A stretch of 32,000 nucleotides of DNA from positions 150,001 to 182,000 of the forward strand of contig NC_018655.1 in the NCBI RefSeq assembly GCF_000299365.1. The letters run 5' to 3'. Shown piece after piece: positions 7,817-16,178 of this stretch. Within the stretch, counting starts at the first letter, position 1. Each line of letters starts with the position of its first letter. This DNA comes from Candidatus Nitrosopumilus koreensis AR1 (GTDB lineage Archaea; Thermoproteota; Nitrososphaeria; Nitrososphaerales; Nitrosopumilaceae). The notes under the pieces were generated by a model. It had not been told where the DNA came from. It saw nothing but the letters and a program-made list of their open reading frames with translations, and did no database searches. A program made the position numbers and the translations under genes.

Positions 7817-8080
7817 TTATGTCATCACTGTAACTTCTTTTTCTGACATTCCACCATATCCCGGGTCTATCTTTTGTTTTGGATTTAATGATGTATCATG
7901 ATGGCATGGTTTGTTACAAACTGGGCAAAATTTTCTATCCATTACAATACATTGACATATGTGGTTTTTTACATAAGCTTGTGCAGCTTGATTCCATTCT
8001 CCTGTGCCGTTACAGTACACACATACATTTGAACCACTAGAACCCACTCCTTTGCAAAAGTCACATACATCTTCTGTCAT
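7817..8080 (-). CDS. small Cys-rich protein with DnaJ-type CxxCxGxG zinc-finger repeats
   Basis: 87 aa carrying CDFCKGVG and CVYCNGTG, plus CQC...CPVCNKPCHH. Confidence 0.6.
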   Translation of the reverse strand: MTEDVCDFCKGVGSSGSNVCVYCNGTGEWNQAAQAYVKNHICQCIVMDRKFCPVCNKPCHHDTSLNPKQKIDPGYGGMSEKEVTVMT

Positions 8081-8174
8081 ATCTATTATTGTGATAAGCT
8101 GGTTTTTGAATCAATATATTTGAAAAGATTGACCATCTCAACGCATAATAGACTGCAGGCAATAAAATTTTCAG

Positions 8175-9566
8175 ATGACGTATGATACTGTAATTGTTGA
8201 TTCACACGTTATACTCCCACAAGGCTTGATGGATAAAAATATCATTATTGATGAAGGAAAAATTGTTGGCCTGACAAATGACATTCCATCATGTGATGTC
8301 AAAATCAACGGAAACGGTTTGATTTCTGTTCCTGGCCCAATTGACACACATGTCCACTATGGTGTATATTCTCCAATTAATGAGGCGGCAAAATCTGAAT
8401 CTCATGCTGCTGCAATTGGTGGTGTTACAACTATGATGAGAATGCTTAGATTGGAAGATCCATTTTCTAGTTCATTACAATCTCAGTTGGATGCTGCATC
8501 TCAAAATCATTATGTTGATTATGCAATACACGCATCTATATTTAATCAGCAACAAATTAACGAAATGAATTATTGTGTGGATAAAGGTATCACATCATTC
8601 AAAATTTACATGAATCTTGGAGGTGAAATTGGACATGTTTACATGGATATGCCTCCTAATTCATCTGAGCTTGTTGCAGCTAATGTTAATGTAACTGATG
8701 AAATTGTTGAGCAGACGGTAAAGACTGCAGCGTCTCTTGGTTGTCCTGTTTTGGTTCATGCAGAAGACTATGAATCCTGTGGGTGCGGAATTAAAACTGC
8801 TAGAGAGAAAAAACAAGATGGATTATCTGCATGGTCTGAAAGCCGTTCTCCTGAATTTGAAGCAAAAGCAATCAAGACAGTATCAAAGTTTGGACGTGAT
8901 TATGACTGTGTTATCTATTTTGTTCACATTGGTTCTGAACGAGCTCTTAAACAAATTCAAGAAGAAAGAAAATTGGGTACCAAAATTTTTGTCGAGACAT
9001 GCCCTCATTACTTGACATTGTCTTATGAAAAACAAGATGGATATCTTGCTAAAGTAATGCCTCCTATAAGAACCGAAAATGATCAAAAAGCAGTATGGAA
9101 TGCACTTTCAACCAATCAAATAAACACTATAGGTACAGATCATGTTGCAAATCAACTTAAACTCAAGTTGGGGGGAGATGATGTTTGGTCTGCATTAGCA
9201 GGATTTCCAGGAATTGGAACTGTACTTCCAATATTACTTAATGACGGAGTAAATCAGAATAGAATCACTTTGGAACAATTTGTAAAATTCACAAGTCAAA
9301 ATGCCGCACAAATATTTGGAATGTTTCCTCAAAAGGGCACTCTTGAAAAAAATTCTGATGCTGATATTACTATGATTGACTTGAAAAAAGAGAAAACAGT
9401 TTCTTCTGAACTGTTTGGCGGATTTTCAGATTATATTGTTTATGAGGGAAGAAATCTGAAAGGTTGGCCTGTTAAAACAATTGTGAGAGGAGAATTAATT
9501 GCTGAAGACTTTGAAGTGATTGGGAAACTTGGATATGGCCAACTTGTAAAAAGAACCATTGGTTGA
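8175..9566 (+). CDS. cyclic amidohydrolase (dihydroorotase / dihydropyrimidinase / allantoinase family)
   Basis: Metal-ligand pattern of the family: PIDTHVHYG (HxH), FKIYMN (carboxylated Lys), VLVHAEDYE, FVHIGS, IGTDHV. The protein is 463 aa. Confidence 0.8.
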   Translation: MTYDTVIVDSHVILPQGLMDKNIIIDEGKIVGLTNDIPSCDVKINGNGLISVPGPIDTHVHYGVYSPINEAAKSESHAAAIGGVTTMMRMLRLEDPFSSSLQSQLDAASQNHYVDYAIHASIFNQQQINEMNYCVDKGITSFKIYMNLGGEIGHVYMDMPPNSSELVAANVNVTDEIVEQTVKTAASLGCPVLVHAEDYESCGCGIKTAREKKQDGLSAWSESRSPEFEAKAIKTVSKFGRDYDCVIYFVHIGSERALKQIQEERKLGTKIFVETCPHYLTLSYEKQDGYLAKVMPPIRTENDQKAVWNALSTNQINTIGTDHVANQLKLKLGGDDVWSALAGFPGIGTVLPILLNDGVNQNRITLEQFVKFTSQNAAQIFGMFPQKGTLEKNSDADITMIDLKKEKTVSSELFGGFSDYIVYEGRNLKGWPVKTIVRGELIAEDFEVIGKLGYGQLVKRTIG

Positions 9567-9611
9567 AATTCTTAGAATAATATTTATGTGAAAAAAATAG
9601 ATTTTTTTTAA

Positions 9612-10511
9612 ATGCAATACGTATCTTTATTTTTTACATTTTCAGTGATTCTTGGAATTTTGTTTGTTCCGTTAACTAGTTCATTTGCAGAATCAATCAT
9701 CCCTCCACATAGACAATGGACACAATTCAACGATATTAGCAAAATTACTTGCAAAGATGGATTGATTCTTTTGCAAAAAAGTAATGGTTTTCCTGCATGT
9801 GTTTCATCTACAGCCTATTTGAAATTAATTGATAGAGGATATGGTATGTTTGATTCTAAAATTCTAAAAGACCGTCCTATGATGATGAATGATTTGATGA
9901 CAAATATGGCATCTAATACTTCAATAATGCATCATTGGCATGAAATGATGCAAAATGATCCTACTATGATGAAAAATACTATGAAAAATTGGATCTCAAA
10001 AATGAAAGAGAATCCAAAATTTTTGAAAAATATGATGGGGCCTATTACATCTGATCCAGAATTAAGGCAAGAGATGATTGAACACATGAAAAAACATCCT
10101 GTAATGGAACAATCTCTAAAAGATCATCCTATGTGGATGGCTTCTGTACATGAACCCATGATGGGCTCTACAATGGGATCGGGTATGAATCAAGGAATGC
10201 ATTCTGGAATGTGTTCTTGGTGTCCTGAATATGAACATAATATGCAACATGTGTCTCATGCTAGTTTTACAAATTCTGATAGAATGATGAACATAATACA
10301 TCATATGTGGATTGATGACAAAATGGTTCAAGACATGCATGAATTCATGCTTGAAAATCCGGAGCATATGAAACAAATGTCAGAACAAATGATGGGGCCA
10401 ATACTGGGATTTATGATGGATGATACAGAAATCAGACAACAAATGATAGATTTGATGCTAGACCATGAAGACTTTATGAATTCAATTCGCCATATTGATT
10501 CTTCTAAATAA
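9612..10511 (+). CDS. secreted Met/His-rich protein, putative Cu(I)-binding
   Basis: A signal peptide (LFFTFSVILGILFVPLTSSFA) and a small 2-Cys N-domain (ITCKDGLILLQKSNGFPACV) are followed by about 220 aa. By hand count the protein has about 43 Met and about 18 His in total (MMMNDLMTNM, MHHWHEMMQ, PMMGSTMGSGMNQGMHSGM). An internal module, ENPxx(L/M)Kx..MMGPI...(E/D)..E(L/I)RQ(E/Q)MI, is repeated. Confidence 0.7.
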   Translation: MQYVSLFFTFSVILGILFVPLTSSFAESIIPPHRQWTQFNDISKITCKDGLILLQKSNGFPACVSSTAYLKLIDRGYGMFDSKILKDRPMMMNDLMTNMASNTSIMHHWHEMMQNDPTMMKNTMKNWISKMKENPKFLKNMMGPITSDPELRQEMIEHMKKHPVMEQSLKDHPMWMASVHEPMMGSTMGSGMNQGMHSGMCSWCPEYEHNMQHVSHASFTNSDRMMNIIHHMWIDDKMVQDMHEFMLENPEHMKQMSEQMMGPILGFMMDDTEIRQQMIDLMLDHEDFMNSIRHIDSSK

Positions 10512-10518
10512 TTTCTAA

Positions 10519-11346
10519 TTAAACAAATTTGATTGCGCTATATCCTACAACGCTGCTTGTATCACCTTGTATGTCTCCACTGGTTGTATAACTTAGAAGC
10601 TCACCTCTTGTCGCACCCAGTTTTTTGCAAGCAATTAATGTGGATGCCATTGCTCCATATCCGCATGCAGTAATTTTTTTCTCCATTAAAACACTATAGA
10701 ATTTTTCAACATTCATTTCTAATATTGGTTCAATCAAAGCTTTGTCTTGTGAATATGCAAAAGAATTTTCCTCATAATGTGTAAAATCAGAAGAGGCAAT
10801 AATCATTGCATTTCTTGATTTGGCAATTTGAGCTACTGCATTTCCTACATCTTTTGCCATTTCTAAGCTTTGGTCTCGTAAAATTATTGGAAGAATCTTG
10901 AATTTATTAGAAAGTGTTGATTGTAGCATTGGAATTTGAACCTCTAGACTATGATCTTTTGAATGAGAAAATTCATCAATTTCGATATATTTTGAATTGT
11001 TTGCTATTTCTTGTGCAGCTTCTGAATCCACTTCTACAAGTCCTAGAGGTGTTTCCCATTGAGCGTCAATCATTGTTGCAACATCTTTTCCAATTCCGAA
11101 GTGATTTGGTCCAATAATTATTACAAGTTCAGGATTTTTAGATGAAATTGCCTTGTAGGAATGACATGCGGTGGGACCAGAATAAACATAGCCTGCATGG
11201 GGACAGATTATCCCATAAACTTTCTCATCTTTTTGTATTTGATTGCCAGGCCCATACTTATGTTGAAGACAGGAATCTATCATTTCTTCAAGTTCATCTT
11301 TTGTTTCAGGATAAAATTGTCCTGCGACAACTGGTTTTCTAATCAT
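10519..11346 (-). CDS. AmmeMemoRadiSam system protein B (MEMO1-like dioxygenase-fold protein)
   Basis: It has the family-typical N-terminus, MIRKPVVAGQFYP, and CPHAGYVYSG. The size is 275 aa. It is co-oriented 20 nt downstream of an AMMECR1 gene. Confidence 0.85.
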   Translation of the reverse strand: MIRKPVVAGQFYPETKDELEEMIDSCLQHKYGPGNQIQKDEKVYGIICPHAGYVYSGPTACHSYKAISSKNPELVIIIGPNHFGIGKDVATMIDAQWETPLGLVEVDSEAAQEIANNSKYIEIDEFSHSKDHSLEVQIPMLQSTLSNKFKILPIILRDQSLEMAKDVGNAVAQIAKSRNAMIIASSDFTHYEENSFAYSQDKALIEPILEMNVEKFYSVLMEKKITACGYGAMASTLIACKKLGATRGELLSYTTSGDIQGDTSSVVGYSAIKFV

Positions 11347-11366
11347 AACACATCTTACACATTATT

Positions 11367-11984
11367 TTATAAAAGAACATTAGATGATTCTCTGATAATA
11401 TTCCCATTAGGTTCTTCTTCTTTGAAAATCATTCCTTGAAATTTTGAAATCTTTGTTGACTTGTCTTTCCATGCATCTTTGTTTAATCCTGCCTTTTGAC
11501 ATGTATACTCTAAAAATTCCTCTTCACTCCATCCATATTCAATAGGAACTTGAGGCAATAACAATCCTGAAGAAAAATCATTTTCTGCAATTAATCCGTC
11601 TCTACCAACTTTGATCTGTGATAAATATTCAGAATAATCTCTTACTTTGATTTCTTCTGGATGAGTAAGAACAGTTACTTCAAATGTTATTTTATCCATT
11701 TCATCCGTGACTACTGGGGTAAATCGCGGATCTCTTGTTGCAGCTGAAATTGCGGCATCAATTAACCCATCATACAATTTCTTTATAGGTGTTGGATAAC
11801 CTATGCATCCTCTTAGATTGTCTTCTTTGTTTAGTGTAACAAACACTCCTGAACTAAAATCAAATTTTGAGTTAAATTCTGAATCAGAAATTTTTGAATT
11901 ATTTTTTAAAAATTCTGTCACAGCTTTTCTTGCCATCCTAACTAATTCTACTCCATCTGAATCTGAAAATTGAAAATTTGTCAT
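11367..11984 (-). CDS. AmmeMemoRadiSam system protein A (AMMECR1 domain)
   Basis: It carries LRGCIGYPTP and DPRF motifs and a GLLLPQV segment. The protein is 205 aa. Confidence 0.85.
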   Translation of the reverse strand: MTNFQFSDSDGVELVRMARKAVTEFLKNNSKISDSEFNSKFDFSSGVFVTLNKEDNLRGCIGYPTPIKKLYDGLIDAAISAATRDPRFTPVVTDEMDKITFEVTVLTHPEEIKVRDYSEYLSQIKVGRDGLIAENDFSSGLLLPQVPIEYGWSEEEFLEYTCQKAGLNKDAWKDKSTKISKFQGMIFKEEEPNGNIIRESSNVLL

Positions 11985-12022
11985 ACGTGTTAAATATGTA
12001 AAATAAACATAAAAAATGTGCT

Positions 12023-13087
12023 ATGATTCTTGGCAAAGAAGCTGAATTATACGAAAAACTACCAAATGACAAAGTAAAATGTACAGCATGTGCACGATAT
12101 TGTGAAATTGGTAATGGACAAATCGGCTTATGTGGGATTAGAGGAAATGAAAATGGAAAACTACATCTTTATGCATATGGGAAAGTCGTTTCTGGACATG
12201 TGGATCCTATTGAAAAAAAACCTTTGATTCACTACTATCCTGGAAGTAAAATCTACTCTATTGCTACAACTGGATGTAATTGGCTTTGTAAATACTGTCA
12301 AAATTCTGATATCAGTCAACGACGAGAAGTTCAGGGAATTGATATGACTCCTGATGAAGTTGTTGATACTGCACTAAAATATGGTGCGCATGGAATTGCA
12401 TATACATACAATGAACCATCAATCTTTATAGAATTTGCAAAAGATTGTGGAATTGCTGCAAGAAAAAAAGGACTGTTTAACATATTTGTTTCAAATGGAT
12501 ATGATACTCCTCAATCTGTTTCGATGATGAATCAATTTCTTGATGGAATAACAGTTGATTTTAAGGGAAGTGCAGAAAAAGAGTTTACACGTAAATTTAT
12601 TGGAGTTCCTGATCCTCAACCAATCTTTGATACTTTGTTAGAAATTAGGGATAGAACTAACATCCACATTGAAATTACAGATTTAATTGTTCCAAAAGTT
12701 GGAGATGATTTGGAACATGCAAAAAAACTCTCAAAATTTATTCTAGATGAGTTTGGGCCAGAAATGCCAATTCATTTTCTACGATTTCATCCAGATTACA
12801 AGATGATGGAATACCCAAGCACCCCTGTCGAAACATTAGAAAAACATTATAAAATCGCAAAAGATGTTGGACTAAAGTATGTGTATCTAGGAAATGTTCC
12901 TGGTCATAAATGGGAGCATACGTATTGTTCTGAATGTAATAATATTGTTGTAAACCGTTACGGGTTTAGTATACGAGAATGGAGTCTTGACAAAAATAAT
13001 TGTTGCAAGTTTTGTGGAAATAAAATTCCAATAGAAGGAAAATTAAGAGAAGGATACAAAGAAGACCGTTTCCAGTTTGTATCTTAA
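12023..13087 (+). CDS. AmmeMemoRadiSam system radical SAM enzyme (PFL-activase-like)
   Basis: It has the CNWLCKYCQN (CxxxCxxC) radical SAM cluster motif, an N-terminal Cys cluster (CTACARYCEIGNGQIGLCG) and a C-terminal CSEC...CCKFCG. It diverges from the A/B genes across only 38 nt. Confidence 0.85.
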   Translation: MILGKEAELYEKLPNDKVKCTACARYCEIGNGQIGLCGIRGNENGKLHLYAYGKVVSGHVDPIEKKPLIHYYPGSKIYSIATTGCNWLCKYCQNSDISQRREVQGIDMTPDEVVDTALKYGAHGIAYTYNEPSIFIEFAKDCGIAARKKGLFNIFVSNGYDTPQSVSMMNQFLDGITVDFKGSAEKEFTRKFIGVPDPQPIFDTLLEIRDRTNIHIEITDLIVPKVGDDLEHAKKLSKFILDEFGPEMPIHFLRFHPDYKMMEYPSTPVETLEKHYKIAKDVGLKYVYLGNVPGHKWEHTYCSECNNIVVNRYGFSIREWSLDKNNCCKFCGNKIPIEGKLREGYKEDRFQFVS

Positions 13088-13089
13088 TG

Positions 13090-13287
13090 TTATTTCATGG
13101 TTCTTAGTTGCCTTTCAGTATCTCTTATGAAATCCTCATATTTCATAATCTGAGTAGTTATACGGAAAGCATTCATTTGATCTTCGTTGTCTTTTGAGCC
13201 TAGGAGTGGCTTTCTTAACTCCATTAGTCTTTGCTGTTCTTCTGTAGCCTTTAGAATATCATTTCTGAGATCCTCGCTTGTTGCCAC
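13090..13287 (-). CDS. small charged helical hypothetical protein (65 aa)
   Basis: The ORF fills the whole gap between the radical SAM gene and rpiA. It has a coiled-coil-like composition and no recognisable motif. Confidence 0.4.
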   Translation of the reverse strand: MATSEDLRNDILKATEEQQRLMELRKPLLGSKDNEDQMNAFRITTQIMKYEDFIRDTERQLRTMK

Positions 13288-13324
13288 GCATAATATACGT
13301 GATTTTTAGATTTAAGAATTTCAT

Positions 13325-13999
13325 TTACAAAACATCAAATTTTCCACCAGTTTTTGCTCTATAGATTACATCTGGCTTTCTAATGAAAATCCCTGACTCT
13401 AAGACCCCTGTGGTTCCTTTGATTTTTTGTGTTAATGATTTTGGATTTTTTATTGTTCCAAAGTCACAATCTAAGATGATATTCCCATTTTCTGTAAAAA
13501 AAGGATAACCCCTATCTAGTGAACGTAGTTTTGCTTTTCCACCTAATTTTTTAATGGAGTTTGTTACTGAATTTCTAGCCAGTGGATGTATCTCTACTGG
13601 AACGGTTCTTGTAAAGTTTTTTACAAATTTTGTATTGTCTGCCATCACTACAACTTTCTTTGCAATACTAAACAAAATGTTTTCTCTAAGTAGAGCTCCT
13701 CCACCACCTTTGATTACAAATTTTTGAGAATCAATTTGATCTGCACCATCAAACACAATATCAATGTGTTTTATCTGATCAACTTCTATCAATGGAATTC
13801 CAACTTTTTCTGCAATAAGTTTGATTTGTAATGATGTTGGAACTCCTTTGATATTGTAATTTTTTAATTTAATTAATTTCCCAAGTGATTTTACAAGTGC
13901 AGTAGCTGCTCTACCGCTACCTAAACCAATCACATAATCATCTTTTACAAGTTTTAATGCATTACTTGATAATGCCGTGATGGCATCATCATAAGACAA
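13325..13999 (-). CDS. rpiA: ribose-5-phosphate isomerase A
   Basis: It carries GLGSGRAA, FDGADQID and IKGGGGALLRE motifs. The protein is 224 aa. Confidence 0.9.
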   Translation of the reverse strand: MSYDDAITALSSNALKLVKDDYVIGLGSGRAATALVKSLGKLIKLKNYNIKGVPTSLQIKLIAEKVGIPLIEVDQIKHIDIVFDGADQIDSQKFVIKGGGGALLRENILFSIAKKVVVMADNTKFVKNFTRTVPVEIHPLARNSVTNSIKKLGGKAKLRSLDRGYPFFTENGNIILDCDFGTIKNPKSLTQKIKGTTGVLESGIFIRKPDVIYRAKTGGKFDVL

Positions 14000-14974
14000 T
14001 TACTCTACCTCTGCTTGATCAAGCTTTGATAGAACTTTCATGATGTCACCTTTGATTTTATCTAAATCATCAATGTCCTCATCAACATCATCGTTATCTG
14101 CTGATGTTGGTTCTGGTTTTTGTATTTCTGGCTCTGGAAGTGCTTTGTGTTCTGTAATTTTGGCAACTTCTTTATTGATATCTGGTTTTGTTTCTACTTT
14201 GGGCTCAGGATTTGATGTAACTTCCTGAATAATCTCGATCTTATCTTCAACTTTTGGTTTTGGTTGAATAACTTCTTTAACAATTTCTTCTTTTGGCTTG
14301 ATTAATTCAGTTTGAATTGTTTTTGGCTGTGGCATTGGTTTTGGAATTTGTTTTTCCTCTTTTCCAAATAAGGGGAATTTTGGTTCTTTTCTTGAAATGT
14401 TTGTTAAAGTGGTTAGTTCAAATGATTGTCGTGATCTTGTTGCAGGAATTGTTACTGGTTCTGTTTTTGTTTCTCTTGGTTTATCAAAATTGAATGTGTT
14501 CTTAAATGAATTTGTAGATTGCTTTGTTTCTTTTTGAACTTCTGGTTCCTTTATTTTTGGTGTTTCAACTTTTGGAACTGACATCTTTGATGACAGTTCG
14601 TATAATCTATCATCTAATTTTGATAACTTTTGATCCATTAGTGTGATTAAACCGTCTCCAACAGGACCCAAGTCTGGATGTTTACTTGCTTGTTCAAGTT
14701 TTTCTAATTTTGCTAAAATAATGCCTAATTGATGTTGATATTTTAATAACAATTTATCCTTTTGAATTTTAGAAAATTCAGAATCAGACTGATATAATCT
14801 TGAAATTGTTTTTGTTAGTATGTCTTTTTCAATTTTCAATGAATTAATTTGACTTTTAATGTGCGAACTGGCACCGAGACTTAATAGTTGATTTTTATCT
14901 CTTGGCATTTTTCGTACAGCCGCAGCTGTAGCTACGCCTGCTAATGAACTAAGAATAAGAGCAATTTCTTGCAT
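14000..14974 (-). CDS. membrane-anchored coiled-coil protein with a K/E/P-rich repetitive tail; function unknown
   Basis: An N-terminal hydrophobic helix (IALILSSLAGVATAAAV) is followed by heptad-like segments, a PKPxxEPKV-type low-complexity region and an acidic C-terminus. There is zero-nt spacing to both neighbouring genes. Confidence 0.6.
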   Translation of the reverse strand: MQEIALILSSLAGVATAAAVRKMPRDKNQLLSLGASSHIKSQINSLKIEKDILTKTISRLYQSDSEFSKIQKDKLLLKYQHQLGIILAKLEKLEQASKHPDLGPVGDGLITLMDQKLSKLDDRLYELSSKMSVPKVETPKIKEPEVQKETKQSTNSFKNTFNFDKPRETKTEPVTIPATRSRQSFELTTLTNISRKEPKFPLFGKEEKQIPKPMPQPKTIQTELIKPKEEIVKEVIQPKPKVEDKIEIIQEVTSNPEPKVETKPDINKEVAKITEHKALPEPEIQKPEPTSADNDDVDEDIDDLDKIKGDIMKVLSKLDQAEVE

Positions 14975-15142
14975 CTATGTGTACCATTTAATCCAAGAAT
15001 ATTTTCTTCTTTTGGCCTCTGGGAATCCACAACTTGCGCATTGGTGATGACGTTTGTGAAGTGAGTTATTACCACATCTTCTACATCTGATGTGTACTTT
15101 TTTCTTTGTAAAACCACCCATAGAAGTTGTACCTTTCACCAT
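14975..15142 (-). CDS. rpl37e: 50S ribosomal protein L37e (absent from the ORF track because it is shorter than 60 aa)
   Basis: Hand translation of the minus strand gives [55 protein letters not shown]. It has the CxxC..CxxC zinc ribbon and the family-typical sequence, and it sits in the conserved archaeal position downstream of the Sm gene. Confidence 0.85.
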   Translation of the reverse strand: MVKGTTSMGGFTKKKVHIRCRRCGNNSLHKRHHQCASCGFPEAKRRKYSWIKWYT

Positions 15143-15152
15143 GTCATATCAC

Positions 15153-15389
15153 CTAATTTTGTGCCGGTGGAGGAGAAATCATAACTACATTGTCTCCTCT
15201 GACTACAATGGTTCCAAGGCCTTTTGAATCGCCTTCAGCAGGAATCTCCTCTGAAGAATCGAGTAGCAGGTTCATGTGTTGGTCAAAACCAAGTAAATTA
15301 CCTCTAATGGTTTTGTTTCCTTTGAGTTTTATCAATACAACTTGATTGATACTCTCATCCAATACTTTTACTGCCATATCAACGGACAT
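15153..15389 (-). CDS. archaeal Sm-like (LSm/SmAP) protein
   Basis: Sm1/Sm2 motifs are present: [26 protein letters not shown] and [11 protein letters not shown]. The protein is 78 aa. Confidence 0.9.
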   Translation of the reverse strand: MSVDMAVKVLDESINQVVLIKLKGNKTIRGNLLGFDQHMNLLLDSSEEIPAEGDSKGLGTIVVRGDNVVMISPPPAQN

Positions 15390-15446
15390 CTATTTCACTT
15401 ATTGGCTTTGATATTGAGGGATTATATTAAAATTTCATTGGTGAAA

Positions 15447-16178
15447 CTATGAGCTATGCCCAGTAAGGCAAGTTTGACACTTTTTTCCAAGATTTTTCAC
15501 AATTTCAGCTAAAATTAACTGTCCCTCTTTTTTTGAAGCTTTTGTAGGATCTCCCCAAATACCGTTTTTGGTAGCTTTTGGAAATGACTTATTTGCCAAT
15601 TTGCCAATTTTCTTAATTTCATGTTTTGTCATTTTTTCTGTAGTTAGTCCTTTTCTTGCTGACTTCATTTTAACATTTTTTGAAATTGCTAACATTAGAG
15701 ATGTTTCTACAAATCCAGCATGATCAAAATCTCTATTCATAAAATGCCAATATGAAAATGGAAATACTTTGAGTTTATTTTTTGAGATTTTTTTCAGTTT
15801 AACATCAATATTTTTTATTGAATTTTGATTTCCGTGGTGCCCGTTAATTATGAAAATCGTTTTGATATTGTTTTCTAACAGTGATACGCATATGTCTATT
15901 AAAATAACACGTAAGGTAGTTTCTCTAATGCTCAAATTAAAAAATGGGGCATGTTCAAACGATACCCCATAAGATAAAGTTGGGAACAAAAAATACCCAT
16001 TTTTTTCACAAATCCTTTTTGCTACCTCTGTTACAATATCTGTGTCAGTTGAAATAGGAAGATGTGGACCATGTTGTTCAATTGAGCCTATTGGAATGAC
16101 TGCAACTTGTTTTTTTCTTTTAATAGAACTTCTAAGGTTAGGATCAAATTGTGTTTTTATGTCTGTCATCTGATTCAC
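15447..16178 (-). CDS. creatininase-family amidohydrolase (possibly an ArfB-like formamide hydrolase)
   Basis: It carries the IPIGSIEQHGPHLP motif and GHHGN, typical of the creatininase fold. The 4-nt ATGA overlap with the upstream purU implies translational coupling. Confidence 0.7.
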   Translation of the reverse strand: MNQMTDIKTQFDPNLRSSIKRKKQVAVIPIGSIEQHGPHLPISTDTDIVTEVAKRICEKNGYFLFPTLSYGVSFEHAPFFNLSIRETTLRVILIDICVSLLENNIKTIFIINGHHGNQNSIKNIDVKLKKISKNKLKVFPFSYWHFMNRDFDHAGFVETSLMLAISKNVKMKSARKGLTTEKMTKHEIKKIGKLANKSFPKATKNGIWGDPTKASKKEGQLILAEIVKNLGKKCQTCLTGHSS

